A stretch of 64,000 nt of DNA, taken from the NCBI RefSeq assembly GCF_001194135.2, contig NC_068992.1:13606200-13670199 (forward strand). Direction: 5' to 3'. Made by a program: the position numbers and the translations under genes. The stretch comes from Octopus bimaculoides (lineage: Eukaryota). Positions 38,128 to 50,590 of the stretch are shown piece after piece (the first letter of the stretch is position 1; the number at the start of each line of letters is the position of its first letter). The notes under the pieces were generated by a model. It did no database searches. It was given only the letters and a program-made list of their open reading frames with translations, and had not been told where the DNA came from.

Positions 38128-38478
38128 TACAATTTTCAAACATATGAGAATGGCAACGGGCGAAAAGAGAGGCAAAGGAAACAGCAAAATGGATATCAAC
38201 CTGCTGATGAAGAGACTATTATAACTGCTACTGCTGCTGATGATGATGATGGTGATGATACCAGTGGTGGTGTCGGGTGTGGCGGCGGCGGCGGCGGCGG
38301 TGGTGTTTTTCGAGGTGGTCCTGGTGGGGAGGAGGAGGAAGAGGAGGAAAGTTATGAGGAATCCGAAGACGCCGTTGAAGACGACGAAGACAACGGCGAT
38401 GATGACAATGCTGATGATGAGTATGAACATTATGCAGAAACTAGAAATCTGACGAATGGAACCTTATCAAAATTTTGA
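38128..38478 (+). other. Met-less 116-codon acidic/Gly-rich reading frame on a GC-rich triplet mosaic
   Basis: Frame 1 is open from stop to stop: ..GYQPADEETII..DDDDGDDTSGGVGCGGGGGGGGVFRGGPGGEEEEEEESYEESEDAVEDDEDNGDDDNADDEYEHYAETRNL... No good acceptor is visible. Confidence 0.3.
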
Positions 38479-38481
38479 TAC

Positions 38482-38571
38482 ATGGAAACATCCAAAAGCA
38501 AAACTTGTTTATTACAATCGCTAATTTATTCACTTACGGGGAATATGACTCCAAACGATATCATCCTGAAA
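38482..38571 (+). CDS. Candidate first coding segment METSKSKTCLLQSLIYSLTGNMTPNDIILK ending at a strong donor
   Basis: ATG at 38482 and donor AAA|gtaagt at 38572. Same frame as the acidic stretch just upstream. Confidence 0.2.
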
Positions 38572-40474
38572 GTAAGTAATCACCCTTTTCTTATTACTAA
38601 AATTACCAAGCGCCGAAGCCGGTCAGAAATTTGTTGAGTGGTTCCTTATTTTTAAAGTCAAGGTCAACAGGAATTACTCTGTTTTCAAATCAACTCACTC
38701 AGTAATTTTTGGAGCTAATTCATCTTCAGTTCTAACAATATCTTAAAGTATAATGCCTCCGGGCTGTATCTTTCTAAATATTACTGCAGTAGATTGCTTC
38801 CGCCTTTGACTTATATATTCGCTCTTACAACGATTTTAAAAATAGCAAAATGAATATAATATTTTCGTAATTGTAAATCAATAGCTGTGTTTACCAATTA
38901 AGATATTAGGGTTCTGTACGATGCTTAGCGCTGAAATCTTTCCAGAAATATCTCAATAATTAGATTGCTTCCGCAAACTCATTAAAAATTAGCTGAATCT
39001 ATCTTACATCTGCTACCATGGGTCTTTAACTGAAAATAGCTTTCTTTTTATTACCGTTTAAAAGAGAGAAATTATATTTTTATTTACTTTCTAATTAACT
39101 ATTTAACCTCTTTATTGTAGCAATAAAATTAATTTATTGTTGATAAAAATGTTATATCAATAAACCTTTTGTTCTTGTGCTTCATGTGAAAGAAATTAAA
39201 TAATTGCCAGTCGTAATACATACATGTATATATATGTATGTATGTGTTTGTATGTATGTAGATAGATAGATAGACAGATAGAGAGAGAAAGAGAGAGAAA
39301 GAAAGAGAGAGAGAAAGAAACTTTAATACTAATTCTTATTTACGTGTGTGTAGTCCAATATCAACGCTTTTATGATGGATCGGTATTTTATCGCAAATAT
39401 ATCGCTGTCACATTTTATTGCTTCAAACGTTTTGTTGAAACTTTAGAAGAAAGTGTCCAAGAAATATCGATTCACACAGAAATATATGGATTAAATATTT
39501 GTGGTGATGTACACCGAGTTTGTACTGTCGCTAGATTCCTTAATGATGTACTATATTAAAAATGTTCTTTTTGTATCATACTAATTCCATGACCTTTCAC
39601 ACACGTAAAGTACGTAGATAACTCTTTTAGATTAAATATATTAATATTTAGACACTTACGGTGTAGTTATAAGTTAATGGCAGACCGCTTTGACGCACAT
39701 TCTAGTCTTGTTTGCTTATTCTTCCGATTTTACATTTTCCAATACTATGTTTGGCTGTTATAATACTTGTAAGCAGGAAAAATATGTTAACTGTTTCCAA
39801 CAACTGATTAAACCTTATTAATCAATGATTTTTCTGTAATGCTCATTATTTTTGTTGAGCTTTCTAATTAAAACTTGATGTAAATGCAGTGTATCATGAA
39901 ACTAAAGTTAGGAGGACCCCAAGTATATGTGCTTCAGTAGCAGTGACACAACATTAATATTTCCCTAATCCTATAAAGCGGTTGACTTTAGCCCATGTGT
40001 ATCTAACTGGGAGGAGAGAAGGATATTCTATAAGGTACTACAACTGACATTCCCAATACCGAATTTGATTTGGAGTTCGTGATAGAAAGCAGCAATAAAA
40101 GTGTTAGTAATCCTGCCATCTGATACCTTATAGAAATTGTATTTTTTACTTTGTAAACTATAAATATACTCAACTGATGCCCTCAGCTATAGATATTTAC
40201 GTAGTAAATTGATTGCGTCAAACAAGACAGCGTGTAAAACTCTTAATGCTATAATCAGACTGTGCTTTGGGAACATTCAATGATTTCGACTTTTATGTCA
40301 ATAGAGAGACCACGTCAATAATTGTTTGCCTTTAATTAGAATATGGTGACTAGGTCTTTTAATTAGCAATCCCCCGATAATATACCACAGTAATTTGTAA
40401 ATTTATTTAATACATTTGAACCCACACGATGGGGGTGATTAGACAGCAACTGTTTATCTTTCTTTCTTTTATCT

Positions 40475-40705
40475 TTTACCTGTCTGAGTTATTAGACTGC
40501 GGTCAGGATGGGCAAATGCCTTGAATTTTGTTTTTAGTCGAATGAATCGAACCCAGTAATCAATTTTAAGCCGGGTACTTATGCTATCGGCCACTTGTCA
40601 AGAGGTGATGAGGGAACAAACACAGACACACACAAAGAACTAAATATACATACTGAACCTGGGACCATGTGGTTGGGAGACAAGCTTCTTACCACAGCCA
40701 CTCCG
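40475..40705 (-). mobile_element. SINE family B copy with internal deletion
   Basis: gactgcggtcaggatgg..tttagtcgaatgaatcgaacccag.. joined to ..actgaacctgggaccatgtggttgggagacaagcttcttaccacagccactcc. Confidence 0.8.
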
Positions 40706-40874
40706 CTACGAAATTTTAATGAAGACCACAAGAGAAATATATTGTCCGTTATAAGTCTGTCACATGAAATAACTGTTATTGATTAACTCACAATGACATT
40801 AATTTTCAAGTCGATATCATTAATATCAATATTTGAATGTTATCTTAGTTTGACAACCATGAAATGATGGCAGA

Positions 40875-41480
40875 GACAGTTGGCTAAGGCGGGAGTTCAA
40901 CGCAGAACTTAAAGAGCTGGAACGAATGTTGTAAATCACTGTTTTCTCCATTTCGCCCATCCAGTTTACTTTGTTACAGTTTATAATTGTTTCTAGTTAG
41001 AGGTCCCACCGATTTGACGGAAGGGTTTTGGTCGATTCTATTCTGCTCACTGCCCGAGTAGTACTTTCTTTTATCGGACCCAGAGGAATGAAAGCAAGAT
41101 TGACCGCGGAGGAATTTCAAATCGGTAATTAAAAAACAGAAAGAAATTACTGCAAAGCATTTACGTCGACTCTAACAATTCTGCCAGACCACAATCCTTA
41201 TGGCAGTTAATAAGATCAAACGACAGGCTAAACTGTGATACAAAAACGAAATATTATACTTGAAAACGCAAAATATCTCCAGTATCCAAAACAAAAAGAC
41301 TCCAGTCCACTCAAAGCCATCTGTTAGTAGGATATTAGTTTCTCTAGATTAGATTTACGATCAATATCTCTCGTAATGGAAATTGTTCGATTATATCGAC
41401 CGATACTCATTGATAATTTATATTTTAATCGACGTTAAAAACATGAAAGGTAACGTCGAACCTGTCAGAATTTGATCTCT
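40875..41480 (-). mobile_element. Cluster of 2-3 old SINE family A fragments
   Basis: Degenerate motifs at about 40890 (gagttcaacgcagaacttaaagagctgg), 41000-41190 (tatcggacccagaggaatgaaagcaag..aattctgccag) and 41390-41480 (aatcgacgttaaaacatgaaaggtaacgtcgaac). Confidence 0.6.
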
Positions 41481-42279
41481 GAAAATAAATCGAAGAAAGT
41501 AAGTGTGAATAGGCAAATAGTTTAGTCCAACACAGTCTCTATGGTTTAAATCATTAACAGCTTTAGGGAATATTTTCCATTAGATATTAGCGATATTACA
41601 TATATATTATTACATCAATTGATGTCTTTTTCTTGTGTGAGACAGCTTGAAAATTGATGAGGTACACTTTGGTAATGTTTAGTTGTAGGACAAACATTAT
41701 TTCTGTCATAAGCCTTCCCCATCAAACAGCAATTTCTTAAATATAACGTTGTATAGGTCAGTAGATAACGACTTGTCACTTTCGCCCTTGTCAATAAATT
41801 TAACAATTGTTTAAGAGACTCTGCATTGACCTTGAATCCCAGCATGATAGATCATAATTATATGCTTCTTTCGATGTTATGTGATTTATTTCTAACATCA
41901 TATTTGTCCTTTACACAGTGAATGATCTAACTGCCTGCGCGTCACTTGTAGTATTGTTAACAAATGATTGATCAAAGCAGAAATACAGTTTCTACTATTG
42001 TTAAGGTTTATGACTGTCTTTCACAAAGCAGTCGGTGTTACATTTCACTTTTATTTTATTTGTTTTTTTTCTTCGATTTTTGTCGTTGTATGATGAGTAT
42101 GTCAGACAATTTTCATGTCTATCCACAGAGAAACAAATGCCTTAAATATAATGTAAACCTCTTGTTAATATCTTTATATTTCATTTTAAGAATAAATCTA
42201 AATAGAAACAGGCTAGGCGTATTCTGCTGCTTCAACTCGTCTATATGCGATACGATTATATGTTGCTATTATTACGTTC

Positions 42280-42385
42280 ATTACCTTTGGGGTCGATAAA
42301 AAAGGGACCGCTTTAGCACTTGGATCGATGTAATCGATTTTCCTCTTACCCCGAAACTGTTTGTCTTTTACCAAAATGTGAAGCC
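42280..42385 (+). mobile_element. SINE family A 3' fragment
   Basis: cattacctttggggtcgataaaaaagggacc..ggatcgatgtaatcga..ttttaccaaaatgtgaagcc. Confidence 0.65.
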
Positions 42386-42548
42386 GTTATCATGTTCATT
42401 ATCAGTTGGATACCATGCAGCATAGCACTGAGTTGAAACAATGACTATATAACCATACTACAAGCACCATATATCCATACAGACATTAACAGCCAGGAAC
42501 TTATAATCTTCCATCATACCATAGATAATTTTTTTTACTATTATTTTA

Positions 42549-43258
42549 TATGCTTCAGTCATTTGGCTGCAGCCATGCTGGAGCACCGCCTCAAAGGCTT
42601 GTAGTTGAAGAAATCGACCCCAGCACTTATTCTTTGAAAGCCTAATACTTATTCTATCGGTCTTTTACCGCAAAGTAATGGGGATGTAAATACACCAGCC
42701 TCAGTATATATATATANNNNNNNNNNNNNNNNNNNNNNNNNNNNNNNNNNNNNNNNNNNNNNNNNNNNNNNNNNNNNNNNNNNNNNNNNNNNNNNNNNNN
42801 NNNNNNNNNNNNNNNNNNNNNNNNNNNNNNNNNNNNNNNNNNNNNNNNNNNNNNNNNNNNNNNNNNNNNNNNNNNNNNNNNNNNNNNNNNNNNNNNNNNN
42901 NNNNNNNNNNNNNNNNNNNNNNNNNNNNNNNNNNNNNNNNNNNNNNNNNNNNNNNNNNNNNNNNNNNNNNNNNNNNNNNNNNNNNNNNNNNNNNNNNNNN
43001 NNNNNNNNNNNNNNNNNNNNNNNNNNNNNNNNNNNNNNNNNNNNNNNNNNNNNNNNNNNNNNNNNNNNNNNNNNNNNNNNNNNNNNNNNNNNNNNNNNNN
43101 NNNNNNNNNNNNNNNNNNNNNNNNNNNNNNNNNNNNNNNNNNNNNNNNNNNNNNNNNNNNNNNNNNNNNNNNNNNNNNNNNNNNNNNNNNNNNNNNNNNN
43201 NNNNNNNNNNNNNNNNNNNNNNNNNNNNNNNNNNNNNNNNNNNNNNNNNNNNNNNNNN

Positions 43259-43291
<33 letters not shown>

Positions 43292-43388
43292 CATGGATAT
43301 ACGACCAACTTTTTGTTTCTGTCAACCAAATCCACCTACAAGGCCTCATTCGAAGCTATAGTGGAAGATATTTGCCCAAGGTGCTATG
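42549..43388 (-). mobile_element. SINE family B copy split by an expanded (AT)n and an assembly gap
   Basis: Tail half at 42549-42705 (cagtcatttggctgcagccatgctggagcaccgcc..) and head-side half at 43295-43388 (atacgacc..ccaaatccacctacaaggcc..ttgcccaaggtgc) flank gap 42717-43258. Confidence 0.85.
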
Positions 43389-44578
43389 TAAAGTGTTAGA
43401 TTAACCATCGCAGACGATTTTTCGGCTTTATTCTTGAGAGTGATCTGTTGTTTCTGCTTTTATATAGCTGGATCGCTGCTTTGTCAGCCCTTCCTCATAC
43501 GCTTTCCTCTGGGAAGGCTTTTCTTTGCCTGGTTTTGTTGGTTTACAATTTTCATCGATGTTTCTATAATTTTACTTTTTCTATGCAGTGGAGTTCGCCC
43601 CACGCACATCCATGCCGCTAAGCGTTTTCCCCTCTCACTCAGGATTCTACCGGCTCACCATCTTTTCATAAAAGTGCAATGATAGATTACTCTTCATTAT
43701 AATATGAAGAGCGTTTGAATCTCCATATCACACTGTAGAAAAGCACCATATATTACAAATATCACGGACACTATCCACAAGAGAAGTGTAAACCATCTCA
43801 CGCTGTGGACACCATAATCATTTGATCTTCACAAGTGGGTGACAATCCAAATGTCACAAAGAACGTAGTCGTCATTTTGAAGTGTCACATGTTCTCCTAA
43901 CAATAGAAGTTATATTTCACTGAAATCGTTTCCCATCTTAAAAAGGGAAAACCACACTTCTTTATGCATGTGTGAACTCAGTGTCGATCGTCCTTGTTGT
44001 TGAAATACTGTCTACGCACGCCGAATTGATTATGGGTTAAATATCCCCCGCAACAGTTGGATGCAATTACAGTCAATCTTTGGAAAGCATTCAAACAATA
44101 GTAATGTGAGATGGCATGACTCAATCTCACTGATTCATACTTTCAAGATTTGACAAGAAAAAGTAAAACATAGAAAAAGAGGGTAATTTAGACAGCCGTT
44201 AAATGTGTTAGTGTACGATGTCAATAATTTTACATTAACGGGGGAAGATGTTTTGTCTGCTTTCCTTTATTTAATGTAATAAGCTACAAACATACATATT
44301 GAAGCCCTTTTCGAAATTATACCTCAATCATATATATGCTCTGTACTGATTGCAAAAAGTTACACTGAAATCGAAACATTGCTTTGTTAATAAAGACAAA
44401 TTATATCACTAAATTAAATGAAATGCAACAGTATAAAGTATCCTGATAAAAAAAGAATCCGTTCTATGTAAGCCTGCAGGTGTGAAACTTTTCATTTAGA
44501 ATATTATTCATTAACAGAACTAGATAGACATTGATCATTACTTTCCAAATAATACAATCAACATATACATTTTGTATG

Positions 44579-44626
<48 letters not shown>

Positions 44627-46429
44627 TCAACATTTATTAACATCTCAATGTCATGTTGCTGTGATGCTCACCTTTAACTCTGGTACTGTTCTGATTCAGT
44701 AAAACGATGATAGTATCATTCGTTCTCTATCTCTATGATTTCATTTATGAAAATACAGTGTACCTAAAATTGTTCAATGTATCTTCCATCCTTCATTTCT
44801 CTAAGATTGCAGCGTTTGCTCTGAAAGTACGTGTCGTGTACTGCTAGCATGTCGAGTGACTGGAGAAAATTGTTTCAAATAGCTGAAACATATTAACTTC
44901 AATTTCTGTAGCCTCATATAATGATATGGGATTCATAATATAATGCAGATATCATATAATAATATGGATATCATATATTTCTGTAACAATATTGTTATTT
45001 TAATAATATAAATATTATATATTTCTGTTTTACTGTTGCTTTTATTAAATTATATTTTGCTCTAGCTTTTACACTGAAGTTTTTACACTGGCGGTTTACG
45101 ATCTGTAAAATGGAATCCACGAAGATTTTAACTAATTTGATCAAAGTTATACAAATTCCAATTTACCTCAACAATTTACGAAAATGTTACTGATATTAAT
45201 AGATAGCTTACGTTAGAATAAGTGTTGTACTAAACATCGTCATAAAAACGGGAAATATAATTAGAAAATACAGACATGAACAGTTAAAATGTAAAAGATC
45301 ATATTCATAAGCTTTTAAACAAGAAATGTGTATGAAATATCCTAAATTTTATATCGTAAATGTAATACTGAACAGAAATTATTATATTTGTGAAACATAT
45401 CCAGATGCTTTTAGATAATGAAAATATACTTGGATTTATCCTCTGTCGAATTGAGAGGACACTGTGTATGAGAAAATATGTCCGCTATGCAACACATCTT
45501 TGCATATCTGTTAAAAGCTAATTATGCGAAGTTAATTATAAACTCACGCAATATAAGGATGTGCAGCAGCAATTTAATGTAGATTGTAACCTCTTATAGC
45601 GTAAGTTCACAGACGGTTTGTACAAAGACATTATCTAAAAGTTAGTTCTCAGCCAATATGTATGTACCTATATACGTATGTATGTGTGTTGGGAGGTAGG
45701 TAGGTAGGTAGGCAGGCAGGCAGGTAGGTAGTTAGATAGGTATTTTCTCTTACCCAATACATTTAAATGTTCCAATTTTGTCATATACATTTTCCTGACA
45801 GATTTTGGGCTTCATCTTCCATCAACTCCTTTTTATGAACTTGATGTCTCCGCCACTATTAAATATATTTATTAAAATGTAAGATTTCCAGACTTTGCTT
45901 TGTTATCATTCTTTTTTTTTTTTTTTTTTTATAAAAATTAATATATATTTCCTGGTATAAAATATTTAACGTTCATATGAACAAAAAAAAATTATTCATT
46001 TCATAAGACAGATAAACCAATAAAGAACATAAATTTGCCAATATTCAATTTTCAACGTGAGCTTCTTTTATAGTTTTCGAAAAAAGTATATAATTATTAC
46101 TGTTTATTTATTAATAGGTTTCATTTTTCTATCATCTCCAGAGATTGACGTATTGACAAGCAAATAGTTAAAAAGAAAATCTGACGAGGGAAACGATAAG
46201 TTTTTTTTACAAAAAACTACGTGATAGATAAATGGCAAATAATCTGGGTTACATAACATTACAACAATTCTTATCAATATAGGTGGTGACAAGTATAGTT
46301 ATTGACTACTTAAAAATGCCGTAGCCCTTCAAGGAAGCAAATATTATATGATGAAGGACAGAACATTTGAAATTGTTTGCAGCAGCTACGATTTTATTTG
46401 AGCGGATAACATGTATATTTTTCGATGAT

Positions 46430-46600
46430 ATAGTTCTCGGTTTGATTCCATTTTGCAACAGTGCTTTCGGTAAGTGTCATGTGTGGGGTTCTAGCCTATC
46501 TGACCACAGTTTCTTAGAGAAATTTGATAAATCTTGAATATGTAGCCGTACATATACGTGTGACTAGTTCACGTAACCCGACGATTAGATATTGGGATCT
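46430..46600 (+). mobile_element. Old SINE family B fragment
   Basis: ctcggtttgattcca..gctttcggtaagtgtc..ctagcctatctgaccacag.. aligns loosely with the B head and core. Confidence 0.45.
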
Positions 46601-46860
46601 CGCTTTCTACAATTAATTGTAGTTCACCAGAGAGGGGAAGGAGGCCACATCCCCTTGCCCAATGGGTCCTCTTTTTATGGATGATCTAGGACATTACGTA
46701 CAACGGGCGTGTGATTTAGGTAGGGGGGATACTTTGGCTGCTATTTTTAGCGTGTCAAGCGACCATGCAGAGGCTCTTTCATTAATATATTGGTTTCAAA
46801 TTTTCGCTCCAGGTCAGAATGTTCTTTGTAGGGTAAGTGGACTGCGATGACTGCAGTCCT

Positions 46861-47000
46861 CACCCGGTACTGATTTTATTGACCCTGAACGGATGAATGG
46901 CAAATTGGCCCACGGCGAAATTTAAACTCAGAACGTAAGAGAGGACGAGATGACGCTGAGCATTTTGCTCGGCCTGCTAACGATTCTGTAAGTTCTCCGC
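46861..47000 (-). mobile_element. SINE family A copy
   Basis: ccggtactgattttattgaccctgaacggatgaatggcaaa..actcagaacgtaag..ctgctaacgattctgt. Confidence 0.85.
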
Positions 47001-48589
47001 TTTACATAATATGCATAAGACATTATTATTGAAAATCAATTCCTATTAATTGCACGTTTCACTCCGCATAGTAGCAACATCAGGACTCGCATAGTTTTTG
47101 CACGAATATTTGTGTAATATATTAAAGCTGTCATAAATGATATACATGTATTTTTCATTTAGGTGCAGTAGTGTGTTTCAATTCAATGTAATATATTTCA
47201 GGTTACATAGAGTGCTGATAAATTTTGTCATTATACTAAAACCATTGTGTTCTGTATAACGAATAGATATTCATAACAATAACAATAGAGACCTGGAACT
47301 AATACTATATATACACGGGGTAACAATTATTTCATGAAAACAGCAGATAGCAATTAATTAATTATGAGTGATAGTCTTGCTTTTAAATATTGTGCAACAA
47401 AACAATAACATTATTTTTTAAAGATAAATCTGCCTAAAACAAAGCTTAAATTATTTTTTAAAGTTTCAAATAGAATACAATATGAAAATGCAAATATAAA
47501 TACACAGATTATTGATCGTAATATCATATGAACTAATATTTTCATAATAGGGTTGGAACTTGCAAACTTTGATTGAAACAGTACAATACATATGAACAAA
47601 GGAAGCTTGAATGATTCATAAAAAGATAGTACAGCATGACGATATCTAACTGATTCTGCAGAATAATGAAAAACGCTACGTTAGTAATTATAGCTAAAAA
47701 TCACATTCATTAGGCGAGTACTCCAGTAGTGTTTCTAGGTCAATAGTGGAGAGGTTTTTGTGGGCAAAAGCATTGAATTCACGGTGCAAAATTACAGGGG
47801 ACAAAAGAAAGAAATGCTTTGTTTTATTGGTTCTCTATTTTTGCACTTAAGGAACAAGTAGGAAACAATGCAAACGTTTGCGACGGTGTTAGAATTTATG
47901 CAAATCTTTTCGAGTTAGTTCATGATTGCCCTCAAAAACATTTGCTTGATGAATAGTCATCATGCACAGTACCGATAAAAGATTAATTTCTGACCTTGAA
48001 CAGGATCATATATTGCTCATTAAATTACCTCTCTATTGTACAGATTGTCACGGATAATGCTAGCACAATAATACGTGCATGATAACGAAACTGAATTTTG
48101 TGGGTGTGCTTCCGTATATCTTATCATTTCTCCTTTCCTGACCTGCGTTTATACCACGAGTTTCTATCATCATCTAATTTATGAATTGCCTGCAGTTTAA
48201 TGATCTCAGAAATTCATGTGATGAATTGTTTCAGTTTATATCACGTGATTTGTAGTGAATTACGTGAATGGAGCGAAATGGTTTGCATATATTCGCAGCG
48301 AACCGATTCTCTGTTTTAGTAAAAACGATGGGCTGCATGTATGGCAAGTCAAACCAGTCAAGGTGAAATATTTTATAGATAATTTGTCGATGTTTGAAAG
48401 GTCGTTTTGTTGGTAACATTTTCTTGAGAAAACTCACACTAGTTTGAGTTGTATAAAATATAATCCTTGAAAAGGATTCATGTGTCTATGGACGATTGGA
48501 CCTACTTAAGTGCCCCTGAATATGAATATAGACTTTGATTGGATCCCATTACATAGGATGGCAATTTTGTGTTGAATATTACAGTCAAC

Positions 48590-48795
48590 AAAGGCAGCTA
48601 GCTAGCAGAAACGTTAGAACGCCGGGCGAAATGCTTAGCGGTATTTCGTCCGTCTGGGTTCAAATTTCGCCGAGATCATCTTTGCCTTTCATCGATTTGT
48701 GGTTGGTAAAATATTTACTAGTGGAAGTCTGGTGTTGGTGTAAATGACTTAATCATTCACCCCAAATTACTAGCCTTGTGCCAAAATTTAAACCA
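48590..48795 (+). mobile_element. SINE family A copy
   Basis: gctagcagaaacgttagaacgccgggcgaaatgcttagcggtatttcgtcc..gggttcaaatttcgccgag..tttgcctttcatc..ccttgtgccaaaattt. Confidence 0.9.
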
Positions 48796-49611
48796 ATATC
48801 ACAGTCAACGTGAATAGTTTAATATTATAATCGGAGAGATTTGTATGTATGCCATTATTCAGCTTTATTCCAAGATTACTAACCGATAGATAAGGAGCCA
48901 GATTCTAACTGAAATCCAAGGTTCTTTCATCGGAATTTCCTCATCAACAACAGGGTGTTTTATATGTATGTATGCGTGCAGATTTATATGTTTTGTTTTA
49001 TGTCTTCTCATGGATATAGTTGCACAATTAGACATGCTGATATATACTTAAATGATAAATTTCTGGAAACTTTTACCGAAGTTTACAGTTCCACTGATGG
49101 CTTGGATTTGTAGTCTTCGAATCAGCTCTCTCCTTTCTCGTTTTGAGAATCCTAATTCCTCAATATCTATGTATGTAAACATGTATGTGCATACTTATAA
49201 AGCGAGCGAGAGAAAGAGAGAGAGAATGGGAGAGAAAGAGATACGAAGTGTTTCAAAACTTATCCGACTATTTCTTCCCGCCAAAAGTAATGCTGCAAAA
49301 TATTGTATCCAGTTGATGACGCCACCTGCGCACGCAGGATAAATATTAGTATACATACGTATATTTGCTATTATTTTAAACTGTCGTATGTCCAAACTTG
49401 GCCAAATGCATTTTTTTTTTTCAGTATTTTTTATTTTATGCAAATAGCGGGTTTTGGTCAAATTAATGTATCTGCAGGTGTTGCAGATGCCAAGATATCA
49501 AAAATTCTCAAAGTGTAGCACAACGGTTTTGCAATGGAATGGGGAAACTGTTTTTTCGTGTTCTGAAAAAGCAGCGCTTTATACTTACGACACTTTTACA
49601 TAATAGCAACG

Positions 49612-49613
<2 letters not shown>

Positions 49614-49686
<73 letters not shown>

Positions 49687-49712
49687 TGCGTCTGTGTGTG
49701 TGTGTGTGTGTG
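49614..49712. repeat. Long (GT)n microsatellite
   Basis: Directly visible. Confidence 0.95.
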
Positions 49713-50490
49713 AGAGTATGTGTACGCACATTGTGTCTAGACCGAATATTTTAGGAATATGTCCAGGAATATGTTTGTGTATGGACATGCATGTTTTTTT
49801 TTTCTCTAAACCACGTATTTACAAGCAGTCGATATTTGAATGATGAATTTTAACAAACAATGGTCTGGATCCTCCGAAACAATAAACAGGAAACAAAACG
49901 AAATTACAAAAGAGAGACTAGAAGAATATGTTATTTCAAGACAATTGGAAATCGTTCTCCTACATCATGTCGACTTTCATGTTACGAATGGTTCAAGGTC
50001 AAAATCAAATAACAATGGAAGATAGATACACACACACAAACACATACACATATATATGAATGCGTATACATATACATCATGGATTCACTCGTCGATTTCA
50101 GTATATGAGTGTCTAACAGGATGTTGTCTCTTGTTTTACTTCTAAAGTCTATGTCTCTTATGCAACTTTAATCCTTCCAACAAGAAACTCCTCAGATTGG
50201 ACATGAGAATGTATTGATATTTATAGCAGCTGGCATGTTAGTTCGAGAATTTATCTTTTCTTTCAGTTGTTTATAAGAATAAACAATTTGAAGATGTTAA
50301 TGGACTTTATAGGAGTTAGCCTCATTCTTTGGAATTAATGTAGATTTTTAAGTGTTTTGGGGGAAGTCTTTTTCAATTTTAGGTTAACCTTAAGATTTTC
50401 TGCGTACCTTAGCCACAGTCTTCTTAAGCATTTCTTTCTATGATGCAGCACTCTATATATTCATTACAATTAATTCCATCACATTTGCAG

Positions 50491-50590
50491 CGGAGAAGGC
50501 AGATGAATAGTTTCGGCCATTAAGGCCCACACGGTATTACAATGTGATAAAATAACAAGGTAGAATCTAGAAGTTCAGGTAACAGCCAAG
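50491..50590 (+). other. Candidate non-coding exon (100 nt)
   Basis: Acceptor aattccatcacatttgcag|C and perfect donor CAAG|gtaagt. Stops in all three frames from the acceptor. Confidence 0.3.

Noticed and set aside
38113-38452. ORF-track peptides MMMMVMIP..RRRKRRK and MFILIISIVIIA.. resembling signal or TM proteins
   Set aside because: They are alternative-frame and antisense readings of the same GAT/GGC/GAG triplet mosaic.
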